Shown in pieces: positions 14,090 to 27,608 of a stretch of 64,000 nucleotides of DNA; position 1 is the first letter of the stretch; each line of letters starts with the position of its first letter. This DNA is from Mytilus trossulus. Its lineage: Eukaryota. The notes below the pieces were generated by a model, which was not told where the DNA came from, ran no database searches, and saw nothing but the letters and a program-made list of their open reading frames with translations. The stretch covers positions 71,486,001-71,550,000 of the forward strand of contig NC_086379.1 in NCBI RefSeq assembly GCF_036588685.1. The letters are read 5' to 3'. A program made the translations under genes and the position numbers.

Positions 14090-15200
14090 ATGTATAATGA
14101 AAGAGATGACTTTTCATTTCCTATCGTTAATTATCTTTTTTTAGATGGTGACGTTCCCTTGTCACCATCTTATGGTGTTTATATATCTCAACTTGTACGA
14201 TTCGCTCGTATATGTAACAACGTATTATATTTTACCGAGAGAAATTTATGTATTATTGAAAAATTATTACACCAGGGTTTTCGGTATCACGAACTGGCCA
14301 AAACATTTACTAAATTTTATCATCGGTATAAGGACATCATTCGTAAATATAGCTCAACATGCAGACTTCTTATACGTTCAGGTATTTCACATCCAATTTT
14401 TTATGGAAATAGTCTTTAGAAAGCACAAAGGTGTCAGTATTCACCGCAGAAACTAACAAAACCTTTGAATAGACTTATTAAGAAGGGATATAGTTACGGT
14501 ACTGTTGTCAGATCATTAAAGATTGCATATTTTGGCGTTAATATTTATTCACTTATAGGGTCTTTGCATCGGAACTAAACACAGTTATATTTTTAAAAAA
14601 AACAGCTGTTGGCATGACACGGGTTATGTTCCTCTCATATATTTTATGATAGTATGACACTAGACCCCTAACGGGAGGGAGTGTGCCTGATAGTCATATA
14701 ATGAAGACATCATCTAATACGGTCTGGAGCTGGCATGTCAGTTAACTGCTAGTAGTCTCTTGTTATTTCTGTATTATTGTCATTTTATTTATTCTATTTT
14801 GTTACATCTTTTGACATCGGACTCAGACTTCTCTTGAACTGAATTTTAGTGTGCGTCTTGTTATGCGTTACTTTTCTACATTGGCTAGATGTTTAGGAGA
14901 AGGATTGAGATCTCATTAATATGTTTAACCCCGCTGCAATTTTGCGCCTGTCCCAAGTCATGAGCCTCTGGCCTTTGTTAGTATTGTATGATTTTTAATT
15001 TTAATTTCTTGTGTATAATTCGGAGGTTGGTATGACGTCCATAATCACTGTACTAGTATACATTTGTTTAGGTGCTAGCTGAAGGATTTCTACGGGTGCG
15101 GGAATTCTCGCTACATTGAAGACCCATTGGTAGCTTTCGGCTGTTATCTGCTCTATGGTCGGGTTGTTGTCGCTTTGACACATTCACCATTTCCTTTCTA
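14090..15200 (+). mobile_element. 5'-truncated Penelope-like element (RT C-terminus plus 3' region)
   Basis: YNERDDFSFPIVNYLFLDGDVPLSPSYGVYISQLVRFAR...QGFRY, homologous to 50840-51250. The 3' region recurs elsewhere in the window. Confidence 0.85.
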
Positions 15201-15352
15201 ATTTGTTTTTTGGATAATAATTCGCATTCAGTGATATCATAATCGAAGAAGCTGATGGGGATAAATCTACTGAAACTGGAAAAATTATCAGACCCCAAAC
15301 AAATATCACAATTAAAAAGTTGAAGGGAGCAGACAACACTATTGCAACATCA

Positions 15353-16070
15353 ATAGACAAACATGCAACACATGGGTAACACAAAGAGACAATCAGACAA
15401 CACAATGGCAACACATATAGACAGACAGACAATACAATAGCAACACAAAAAGACTAACAGACAACACAATGGCAACACAAATAGACAGACTGCCGACACA
15501 ATGGCAACACACATAGACAGACAGACGACACAATGGCAACACAAATAGACAGACAGACGACACAATGGCAACACAAATAGACAGACTGCCGAAACAATGG
15601 CAACACAAATAGACAGACTGCCGACACAATGGCAACATAAATAGACAGACTGCCGACACAATGGCAACACAAATAGACAGACTGCCGACACAATGGCAAC
15701 ATAAATTGACAAACAGACAACACAATGGTAACACAAATATACAAACAGACAACACAAGTCGACAAACAGACAACACAAGTCGACAAACAGACAACACAAT
15801 GGCAACACAAATAGACAGACAGACAACACAATGGCAACACAAAACGACAAACAGACAACACAATGGCAAAACAAATAGACAAATAGACAAAACAATGGCA
15901 ACACAAATAGACAAACAGACAACACAATGGCAACACAAATAGACAAACAGACAACACAATGGCAACACAAATAGACAAACAGACAACACAAATAGACAAA
16001 CAGACAACACAATGGCAACACAAATAGACAGACAGACAACACAATGGCAACGCAAATAGACAAACAGACG
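15353..16070. repeat. 32-bp minisatellite (ACAACACAATGGCAACACAAATAGACAGACAG variants) with 21-bp truncated units
   Basis: Direct tandem array of about 20 or more units, producing spurious Cys/Leu/Val-rich ORFs in all three minus frames. Confidence 0.93.
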
Positions 16071-19000
16071 AAATGGAGACGTTTAAGGATTATTGATCTT
16101 CCTTCTTTCACAAAACATTATGTCATGAATATTTGGATAAGAATACTGACTGTAATCGCCTCTAGTGTTTAGATGGCTAGCATGATCTAATTTAGGAGAG
16201 ATCTAAGATAAAGGAACATTTACCAAAACTCAAAGGATTGAAAGAATAAAACCCATTTCACGTTGATCAGTGAATAGATGACTTTATCCTGTAATTTAAA
16301 AGTTATTAACGATCTCTCAGTACCAGTTGTACTTAAATTGTAGAACTGATTAAATTTCCATATTTAAAACTAAAGTTACTTGCAGCATATAGGTTCCCAC
16401 CTGCGTGATAAAACCTCTTCAGTTGGAAAAATAATGGATTTTATTTGATTTTAATGTCGTTCCCAGAAGACAGTTACCATTAACCGGATTAATGCTTTTC
16501 CATTTAAGCTGAAAATACCTTATTATTAATTAGAAAACTTTTAAATGTCTGTTAATTGGAAAGACAATTGAGAGTTTAGACTATGCATATAAATACTAAA
16601 TTACTTCAAAAATAAATGTTTGGCTTGAAACCATACTTGTAGCTATTAGACATGTATGGGATATACATCAATTGTACGGAGGAGGACACATGTTTTGTTA
16701 CTTAAATCTTCTTTCAATTATTCAAAATTATCTACAAGCGGGAAAAAAGATAATGTTGCTTGGAATATTCCAATTATGAATGTCTAGAAATTAAAGATTA
16801 CTAAAATGTATGAATTATATATGCAAATGTTTCCTAGTTTATAAACATATATTGATAAATCAGTGTTCATATTAATAAATAATATCTTTAATGTAAAGAT
16901 AGAAATGCTTATATCAATATCAATACGTATTTTCAGGGGAGGATCCAGCCTTCGATGACAGGTATGACAGTTTCACCAAAGCATGAAGACAAAATGCAAC
17001 TATCTTAAAAGTCACTTCATTCCGAGTTGGTTGGGCGTCACTGGTAAGTCTTCTGTGGACAGCGCGTTTCTGGCATATTGAATTTTAAACCTGATGCCTA
17101 TTGTTATTCTTTTGTATTGTAGTCCTGTAATATTATGTTGTCATTTTAATGTTTTAGTTAACATTCCCATTAAAGTGCAAGGTTTGGCATTCCACAAAAT
17201 CAGGTCCAACCCACCATTTTTTTTCTTTAAAAATGTCCTGTACCAGTCTGGAATATTGCCATTGATGTATTAAAGTTCTTTTTTGTGTGTTACATTGTGT
17301 TTCCGTTGTGTCGTTTGTTTTCTCTTGTGTTTGAGTGTGATTTCACATTATTATAAGACGTGTCACGGTACTTTTCTATTCCAAATTTGGTATATTTGTT
17401 ATTCTCATCGGAATTTGTGTTATGCTTAGTCCGTTTCTGTGTGTGTTAAATTTTTATGTTGTGTCGTTGTTCTCTTCTTATTTTTAATGTGTTTCCCTCA
17501 GTATTAGTGTGTTACCCCAATTTTGTTTTGTCCATGGATTTACGAGTTTTGAACAGCGGTATACTACTGTGGCCTTTATGTGTTTAAGTGATTTTCCTGG
17601 TTACTTCCTACATATATCGGTTGGAAAGCTGCATTTTCTTCTGGGAAAAAGGAAGGAAAATAATCATACACAAATAAGATTAAAAAATGACTAACAAAGG
17701 CCGAAACGATAGTTTAAAAGTACTTTTAACTCTGTTGTCGGTGATCTTATCTCATAAACACATGCTCCCCAAACGTCTTTTCGGTTTTTCGATCTTACAA
17801 TTACGGTAAATACCAGTATAGAATTAAGAGTCTGAACGAAACAATTAAATTTTAAATCCCCTTTCAAAATGGCTTCCTTACACTTTTTGTACGTATATAA
17901 GAAATAAGAAGCTGTAATAGGATTGCCAATAATACAATTATCCACCAGAGACCAATTAATGACGTAGATTGAGAAAAAACAATAGGAAACAGAACTACCT
18001 TAAAAAATAAAAAAAAACATACCCTATGATATATAAAATGTTTACATATTTTTTAAAGCATTTCACGTTTTCCTCAAAGTAAATTTGTAATGTAATATAT
18101 TTGTCTTTATGAAATTGACATAGTCTAACACCGATCATTAATTAAGTGTGATAGTTTGCAAAGTTTAAACTGCAATTGGTTGGCAGACTTTCTTCATACC
18201 TGTTTTACTAGCGCTTCATTGGGAATTATGTATAAAAAGCCAAAAATAAGTCATGAACCTACTTAGGTATTTAGACCAATAAATAAAACAATATGAAATT
18301 AGTTCGTGCGGGAAATCTATACTTTAATAACTATTAGTATTAATGTAGAAATCTCTGTGTTCAAACACAATACAGCACTGTCTAACATAGCATTATTTTC
18401 AAATAACTTCAGTTATAAAAACGATTGGCACTGAAAAAATACCGGGCTGGGAGATGAACACGAATAATTAAACACATTTAAAATCAAAGAGACAAGAAGT
18501 GTTTTTAACAACTTGGGTAATTCTCTAGAGTAGAAGTTGTATTGGTTTGTGTTGTCAAAATGATGTCGTATAATCTTACCGTATGGTTTCAGATATGGAT
18601 TCTCATAGCATTATTTTATGGTACATTTTATATTGCATATTGCTTTTTAAAAAAGCTATGATACAATATAACATACTTTAGAATTCGGGGTTCGTGTTGT
18701 TTATTCTTTAGTTTTCTATGTTTTGTCATGTGTACTATTGTTTTTCTGTTTGTCTTTTTCATTTTTAGCCATTGCGTTTTCAGTTTGTTTTAGATTTACG
18801 AGTTTGACTGTCCCTTTGGTATCTTTCGTCCCTCTTTTAGAATAGTGTTTTGACCAAAATGCATTTAAATCTTCTGGAAAGACAAATCATGGATTGAAAT
18901 TATATAAATTGCAAATATGAACAATGTTAAAGTTTTCATTTCGTTCATTGTATTGTACATACATCAGGCCGTAAGTTTTCTCGTTATAATTATTATAAAT

Positions 19001-19329
19001 TTTCATATTAGGCATTTTATAATTGACTGTCTAGTTTAAGTATACATATTGTTGAAACCGGCACGATGACCAATAGTTCTTATTTAAGGTGTTGGCTGGT
19101 TGTGCGTTTTCCAACTATAAAACAAGGTTCAATTCACCATTTTATGCATAAGGAAATGCCTGTTCCAAGTCAGGAATATGACAGTTGTTATCCATTCGTT
19201 TGATGTATTTGAGCCTTTAATTTTGACATTTGACTAGGGACTTTCCGTTTTGAATTTTCCTCGGAGTTCAGTATTGTTGTGATTTTACTTTTGCCTATAC
19301 AACATTGATTATATTATATGATACTTATA

Positions 19330-19983
19330 AAATAAAATTGAGAATGGAAATGGGGAATGTGTCAAAGATACAAAAACCCAACCATAGAACAGACAACAGC
19401 AGAAGGTCACAAACAGGTCTTCAATGCAGCGAGAAATTCTCGCACCCGAAGGCGTCATTCAGCTGGCCTCTAAATAGTTCACTTGTTCAGTGATAATGAA
19501 CGCCATACTAAACTCCAAATTGTACACAAGAATTATTTTTTTAAAAAGAATACAAGACTTACAAAGGGTAGAGGCTCTTGACTTCGGACAGGCCCAAAAA
19601 CGCGGCGGGGTTAAACATGTCTATGAGATCTCAAATCTCACCCTATACCTCTAGCCAATGTAGAAAAGTAAACGCATAACAATACGCACATTACCATTCA
19701 GTTCAAGAGAAGTCCGAGTCTGATGACAGAAGATGTAACAAAAAAAAAAGCAAAATGAATGACTATAATACATAAATAACAACAGACTACTGGCAGTTAA
19801 CTGACATACCAGCTCCAGACTTCAGTTACACTGATTGAAAGATTATGTCTTCATCATAAGTATATCAGGCACAATCCTTCCCGTTTGGGGTTTAGTATCT
19901 TGCCATCATAACATATATGAGAAGAACATCACCCGTTTCATGCCAACAACAGGGTTTTTTAAATAAATGTGTTTAGTTCCGAT
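19330..19983 (-). repeat. Inverted copy of the Penelope-like 3' region seen at 14565-15200
   Basis: Clear reverse-complement similarity along its length. Shorter + strand copies at ~20629-20788 and ~62455-62795. Confidence 0.8.
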
Positions 19984-22900
19984 ATAGTTATATATATATA
20001 TATATATATCTTTAAAAAAAACACCTATTATAGCTTTAATGTTACATGTACGAGTAACTGTAACTTGTAAAGTCGTTTCTGCATTAAGTTCTCTTACCAG
20101 AAAACAATAAACAAAAATATGCTTTTGTCGTTTTTCAATTCTTATTAGAAATCTGCATCAGATGACAGCCATTTTATATCTCAAGAAAATTTAATCAAAC
20201 ATACATAAATAAGATAAAGAGACCTAAATGCGTGACTTCGAATCCCAATCAGAACACATAAACGTGCAAATCAAATCATGTTTGCATTTACTGATTGAAA
20301 AATAATAAAACTATGAAACGAACGAACGACATGTTCCTAACCTTTACACCTCAATTTTCATTTTATTTCATTAAATATGTGACTAAAATGAAATCCTAAA
20401 CTTGTATCTTTTATTTTAAGTGCCATTTAGTGTACCATAGATCAGTATGCATACACATATACTATGCACAAGCGATTGAAAAAAGGTAAAATATCTGCGG
20501 TACTCTTGATATTTTACTTAGAGTATTTCTTGTCCAAAATAATTATCTCTTTTACAAAAATTAATGTCGAATATTCGTTAATAAGACGACTATCCAACGG
20601 CATAGAAAAACCAGAAAAAAAATCATTATCACTGTACTAGTATACATATTTTTAAGGAGTCAGCTGAAGGACGCCTACGGATGCGGGAGTTTCTCGTTAC
20701 ATATAAGACCCATTGGTGGCATTCGGCTGTTGTCTGCTCTGGGTTGTTGTCGCTTTGACACATTCCCCATTTCCTTTCTCAATTTTATCAATTAATCAGG
20801 AGTAATCAACAACAATGTTGTTGTACAATATGTACAGCTATAAGCAGGGCTTTTTTTTTACACAAAACTAGTTGCAAATAAATTACCTAAGATCTGACAT
20901 GACCATAAGACTATATTATAGACAGAGATAATAGGATACAAAATTCAACACATATAAAGGTTTTTATCCTATAACAAGACCTGAGTCCAAGGAAACTAGT
21001 GCGCCTTGTGTATCAAATCCTCTATATCTCGATCAGTAATATGTCAAACGGTACAATGATGACCATACGATCAAAACTAGTTCAATGAAACCACTTAACT
21101 CTGTAATATCTGTTTTTAGTTTGTTCCTTTAAAAGCGTGTATTCTGATCATATATCACATCGAATAATTAGATAGACAATGGCCCACGGAGAAAGAAAGA
21201 AATATCAATTTCCAACTATTAACACGGAAAACATCAACTAATGTAGCAATTTAGACAACATTAAGAAATAAAGTCCAATTATAAATGATTAAGTCTCATT
21301 TGAGCAGTTTGTTATTTTAGTAAACATACAAGAAACTAAAAACACGCAATATCAATTATGTTAAAAATCCCTCAAATAGGTAGATCGAATACTAAAAACA
21401 CTTATGGCAACAATCTTACTGCACCAGTTCAGTATTTCAGCAATTTATTTCTCTACAGTAATGCTGGTGGTCAAATGTTTGACATTTAAAATTTAAACCA
21501 AAGGTCGTAGAGCTGTCACGACTGAGGACGAACAATGGAAAAGTTAACGTCAGCGTTATTATGTCTCTGGTGAGGATTATCGTAATGCCAATTATTCCTC
21601 ATCTTATGTTTAAAAAGCAGTGCAAAAAACCAGAGCTATGCATGAGGGAGACACATTCTTGGATTTAAAAATATATCCGTGTTGATAAAATATTTTGATT
21701 TGGGCATTACTGTAGCAATATATGGCATCTAATATCCAACAACTTCGAAATTGGAGATATAGTTTTTTTTAAAAGCGGTTGAAAAATCTGAGTTGCAATT
21801 ATCATAATCTTCTTTCTGGTACAAACAAATAAAACAATGTAGTTAGATTATGCAAAACCACTAAAAGCTTATTAAATGTTTGTATTTATTTCAAATGCTT
21901 TTAAATGATTGTTGAGCATAGATTGTTCCTTTTATATGCATCTGCTATAGCTTCTGAATAAGATTATGTTACTAAAAAGTAATAAAATAATGTAGAACTA
22001 AAGTTGGCCATCATATTTTATTCATGTACATAACTGATTAATATTCTAAAAATAACTCTGTACCATTAACAACAAATAAAAAACAATGTGATAATTTTAA
22101 GTACTCTAGTATTAGAAATAAACAAACAATATTATTCATCTTTTGAACATAAAAGAAAACCGTGAAAAACTCCGACGGTTTATACGAATATGACATATTT
22201 ATCACCTTCACTGAAAATTTGAAGTCCTACGAATCTTTAAAATAGCTAACGCGCATCTGCATACAACACACCAAAGTAGACATTACAATAAACAATCTAT
22301 CATTGTAAGCATAGAAACCACATTTTGATTGCAAAACTGCAAGTAGGTATTAAGAAATTTAGAAACGAGACATACATGTATATGGGTCATAAAGAACAGT
22401 ATTGAATGAACTTTCCAAATAACAAAATGAACATGTATCCTAGGACTTTTTGTTTCTCAATAAAGAAGTTCCATGTAATATGTCTACCATCAATAACAAA
22501 ACTTTGATGGTTTGACTCCGTAAGGAAAGCTATCTAGTGACACAAGTAGCGTATCATGACGGTTGTTATTTAGCAATAGATGTTATTTTTGTTACAGTTA
22601 GTTGTCCACTTAATAAACAAGTTTTCCCAATCGGACTTTAAAGCTGTGGTTACACAAAGGGTATTTATAAGCTATGGAAGCTGAGTCTGGCTTAAGGATA
22701 CAATTGCTTTATAATGGGGGCAATACCAGTTGTACAACAATAGTTGGTTAACATACGCGGGGAGTTAGTGTTAATATGTTATATTTGTCTGATCACACTT
22801 CACCAAGGTTTGTTCCATAGAGCAGTACATATATATTGCAAAGTGGTGCAACAACCCATAACCAGATGTAGGCAGAAAATCGTATTCTATCCTATATGTT

Positions 22901-24496
22901 ATTTTCTTTTACAATGCTTGAAAACATCATTGCAGTAAATTATTAAACTCCTACACATAAAGATCTACAACGGAAAGCGATTAGTCTTGTCTCTTGTCGC
23001 TTAAAAGGTTGATTTAAGACTTGCACATCGTGTTCTGTGTTGTCTGTTTGTAATCCAAAAAAAGCATAAAGAGTTTGTGAAGTCTACGAATAATATTTTT
23101 TTAATTTAAGAAATCAAAAGCAAAAATGTAGTTAACAATTCACACATCTATCAAATGATATATCGTGAATCGTGATTTTATAAATAATACAAATGTCTAA
23201 TGTCACTTATTCTTTAAAGCAAAGTTATGCATTTTACATCAGTGTAGGCAGACTATCATATAGTGGGAAATGTTTATACTTTCAAAAAAAGAAACAAGCA
23301 AATAACTTCTTGTAAATAGGCGAAATGTTTTCACATTATATCCGAAAAATTTCAATTATCGCGGAATTAAAGTATTTTTCAAGGAAAAGATTCCATTGCC
23401 ATAGAAAGTGGTATAACAGAACAACGTTTCAAATAATCAATAAAAATCAGTTTCAATGGTGCGAAAAAACGTAACAAAACATTCAAAGAAATGCCATTGT
23501 CACAAACTTAGGAAGATGTGGTACAAATGTCAATGCGACAACTCTGTATCAGAGACCAAATTAAGTGGAAGTTAATAGCTGCATACATTCTTCAACAATA
23601 AGTAAAACCAATCCTACGCAAGTTATGAATATCATCGAACTGACAAATGGTACACTTAGTTACAGGACTTTGATTAATAATTCGGATGGTTGTTTTAATT
23701 TTGAAACTGTTTTGTTGCAGTAACATTTCTTTAAACTGAAATGAAGAAAATAACAAGTATGACGTCCGCCTTTCTTTCTGCAATTAGTCTTTCTGTCTGA
23801 ATGTCTTTCAAGTTGCGCATGCGCAGGTTACTCCATGGTGATATTAAGTTAATAACCGTTCATCCTTTGTAAATGCGACTAGAAAATACCATGAGTGAAT
23901 ATACTTGTTATGAAAAACAGAGGTTATGAACTCCAGAAATTAGAACTGCAAATCCCCAAATAGGAAATTGAAAATTTGAGAAATAGGGGATTTACATATA
24001 TGGGTCATAGGGGACGGTATTATATTAACCAATTCGGTTCTTTTTATTTCTTTGTTAGAGTAATTTGTCCAGAACAAGACAAATTACAGATCGAACGTGT
24101 ATCCAAGAACTGTCTGTTTCCCAATTTATAGATCCGTTTCATATTTCCACCATACACAACAAAACTGTTATAGGTTTGAGTTCATGGGGATGTCCATTCG
24201 GTGAGACATACTGAAGGGAAGTATTATGACTGTTCAACAATGGAGATGTTATTATTATTTCAGTTAATTGCCTGCAAAATAAACCAGTTTTATCAATCGT
24301 ATTTTATAGCCATAGTCACGCATATAATATCAATGAGCTTACGAACCAGCATGTTGATAAACATTGGGTTAAGGATAGTATTGCTTTAAATTAGTGGAAA
24401 TACATGTTCCTCTTATATTTGATGACATTTTCCTCTTATATGTGTGTTCCTCAGTTTTAATTTGTAACCCGGATTTGTTTTCCCTCAATCGATTTA

Positions 24497-26566
24497 GGTA
24501 GCAATACACAGTTAGGAGTTTAGTTTCGCATTATGGCCCCTGTGGATTTTTCAAATAGGAAAGTTATTGTGTAATAAAATTAATTTTTAGACAGATGAGT
24601 GCTTATTTAGCCTTCAAAGATGGTTAATAAGAGCATCAAGATTATTTTTTACATGTTTTATGGGCTGTTTTCTGTTTGACAGTCCGTATTTTCATAGCTA
24701 GACCGGCCATCGGGCCAGAAATTAATGTACTGTTTACAAACACTCTTTTTCTACATGAAGTTTTTGACGCAATTTTACAAAAAAATGAGATGAAAGACAT
24801 ATGATTTTCATTGGATTTGCTGAATGATATATGTACACAGTTTCAGAAAAGGTATTTCTTCAAGCGATTGAAATTCTACTTTTAGCCAAATTTTTGGGAA
24901 ATATGAGACATCTTTCCCCCCCTTTTTGCAATATTTTATAACAAATTAATGTAGATTGTTGCCATGGATATACCAAAAAGAAATTATATTTTACCATTTT
25001 ATATACTGAAAATAAAATCTATGGAAGATTCTGATTACATACATATGCCCATATATGACACAAACAGTAAGCTTGATATTGCAAGAAAGCAATGAAAAGG
25101 GAATGGTAAAATTCATGAGGGCAAATTTTAGTATTTTTTCCTAACTGTTTATTGCTACCTTATGGCATACTTACCAAGCTCAGAATTGTATAATTTAAGA
25201 CTTTTCATGCCACAAATCTATTGATATTAGATTCAAAATCAACTTCTTAGTAAATTAAGTGTTTAACAATGACAATATGTGTCAATTTTATTGTTTATAG
25301 TCCTTAGCAACCAAAATAAGACATTTTGAAACTAGGCTTATATTTGTACTCTATCGGCTTAACGCTTGCTTCTGATGGATTGGGCTGCATGTAGTAGCCC
25401 AAATATTGAACGCGTTGGTTTTTTTCTTGCGAATATATCAAATTATTGTTTTTTATCAAGATTTCATGTTACATTTTGGCATATAGTAAATGTATAGTTA
25501 AATCAGATGTGAGAAATTGATTCCCTATCACCAAGTTTTTGAATCAAGTCTTTGGTATGCAATAAGCATGAAGATTAACATTTTTATGCTTTAAATTGCT
25601 AAATTTTGTACAATGGTGCATCATCAGAGATCTTATTATGATATTCAACATTAAAAAACTGACAAAAGAGGTACAGTTTTTAAGATTTGGCTAAAAATTG
25701 AGGTAGAGACAAGATTTTATACTTTGACTTGGCACCTTTCTTAAAATCAGTTTTTGTCGCGTTTCAGTGTCAACTGCTAACCTTCATAAAATATTCATTA
25801 CTCAACCAATTTTCAAAAACAAAAGGCCATTTTACTCGGTTTAGCTAGCAGAACTCAGAAAATAAGTTAAAAGGGAGAATTTGAAAAAAATATTTACTAT
25901 TAAGGTAGCAATACACAGTTAGGAGTTTAGTTTCGCATTATGGCCCCTGTGGATTTTTCAAATAGGAAAGTTATTGTGTAATAAAATTAATTTTTAGACA
26001 GATGAGTGCTTATTTAGCCTTCAAAGATGGTTAATAAGAGCATCAAGATTATTTTTTACATGTTTTATGGACTGTTTTCTGTTTGACAGTCCGTATTTTC
26101 ATAGCTAGACCGGCCATCGGGCCAGAAATTAATGTACTGTTTACAAACACTCTTTTTCTACATGAAGTTTTTGACGCAATTTTACAAAAAAATGAGATGA
26201 AAGACATATGATTTTCATTGGATTTGCTGAATGATATATGTACACAGTTTCAGAAAAGGTATTTCTTCAAGCGATTGAAATTCTACTTTTAGCCAAATTT
26301 TTGGGAAATATGAGACATCTTTCCCCCCCTTTTTGCAATATTTTATAACAAATTAATGTAGATTGTTGCCATGGATATACCAAAAAGAAATTATATTTTA
26401 CCATTTTATATACTGAAAATAAAATCTATGGAAGATTCTGATTACATACATATGCCCATATATGACACAAACAGTAAGCTTGATATTGCAAGAAAGCAAT
26501 GAAAAGGGAATGGTAAAATTCATGAGGGCAAATTTTAGTATTTTTTCCTAACTGTTTATTGCTACC
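24497..26566. mobile_element. Non-autonomous composite-type DNA transposon (KolobokP-like): two 663-bp direct repeats flanking a 744-bp non-coding interior
   Basis: 24497-25159 and 25904-26566 are near identical (one mismatch seen). Each has TIRs GGTAGCAATA...TATTGCTACC. Flanks are TTA/TTAA-like. The whole unit interrupts another repeat (GATTTA^TGAC). Confidence 0.8.
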
Positions 26567-27206
26567 TTATGACTTTCAAAAAGCGGTATACTACTTTTGC
26601 CATTATCTATAACCATATTTGTTTGATATTCTCATAGATTTAGTGTTCGAATGATATATTTTGTCACAATTAACCAAGGTATCAAAAAGTAAAATCACCA
26701 AATAAAACTGAACTCCAAGGTAAGTTCATAAGAGAAAGTCCGTAATCAAAGGCAAAATCAAAAGCTAAAACACGTCAAACCGATGGACAACAACTGTCAT
26801 ATCCTGAGGCATTTTCTGATGTCGAATATGATGGATTGCACCTCGTTTTATAGCTAACTAAACCTCTGTGATTTTTTGAATAGTTGAAGTCTCAAAATAA
26901 TATTTCTTTAATTTAAGAAATCCAAAGAACACATTTAGTTAACATTTTACACCTTTATCAATTAATATATCGTGAATCGTAATTTTATAAATAGGACAAA
27001 TGTCTAATGTCACTTCGTCTTGAAAACAACGCGACGCATTTGTCATCAGCATGATTAGTGTGGGCAGACTATCATATATTGGAAAATATTCATACGTAGC
27101 ATAAATAAAACACAGTAGAATGTTCACACACCCTTTACCACTAGATAGAAAAGCAATTGAACAACATATTAAATGTAGCAAACAAACAAAAAACGGTAAA
27201 CAGCAA

Positions 27207-27608
27207 AACAAAAAAATAAGTAATGGCTGCTTTCTTCGAACATTCACATTTTCAGTGTGGTTGGGTTTAACTTGTTAGCTGGTATCCAAGCCTGCCCATA
27301 ATATGAGACAGTGGAGTAACACCACAACATAACAACGAACATAACTTCCGTTCACATCCTGTACAAGCACCGTGTCAAATTTAAAAAGACTTTCAACTTA
27401 TACTGTAACAAAAAATAAATTATGGCTGCTTTCTTCGAACATTCACATTTTCAGTGTGGTTGGGTTTAACTTGTTAGCGGGTATCCAAGCCTGCCCATAA
27501 TATGAGACAGTTGAGTAACACCACAACATAACAACGAAAATAACTTCCGTTCACATCCTGTACAAGCACCGTGTCAAATTTGAAAAGACTTTCAACTTAT
27601 ACTGTAAC
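27207..27608. repeat. Recent ~199-bp tandem duplication
   Basis: ATGGCTGCTTTCTTCGAACATTC...CAACTTATACTGTAAC occurs twice with only a few substitutions. Confidence 0.9.

Noticed and set aside
15353-16070. CRISPR-like regular repeats
   Set aside because: Units are contiguous with no unique spacers, and the context is eukaryotic.
15350-16111. Three long Cys/Leu/Val-rich minus-strand ORFs and one plus-strand ORF
   Set aside because: Artefact of a 32-bp minisatellite that lacks stops. The same 32-aa period appears in every frame.
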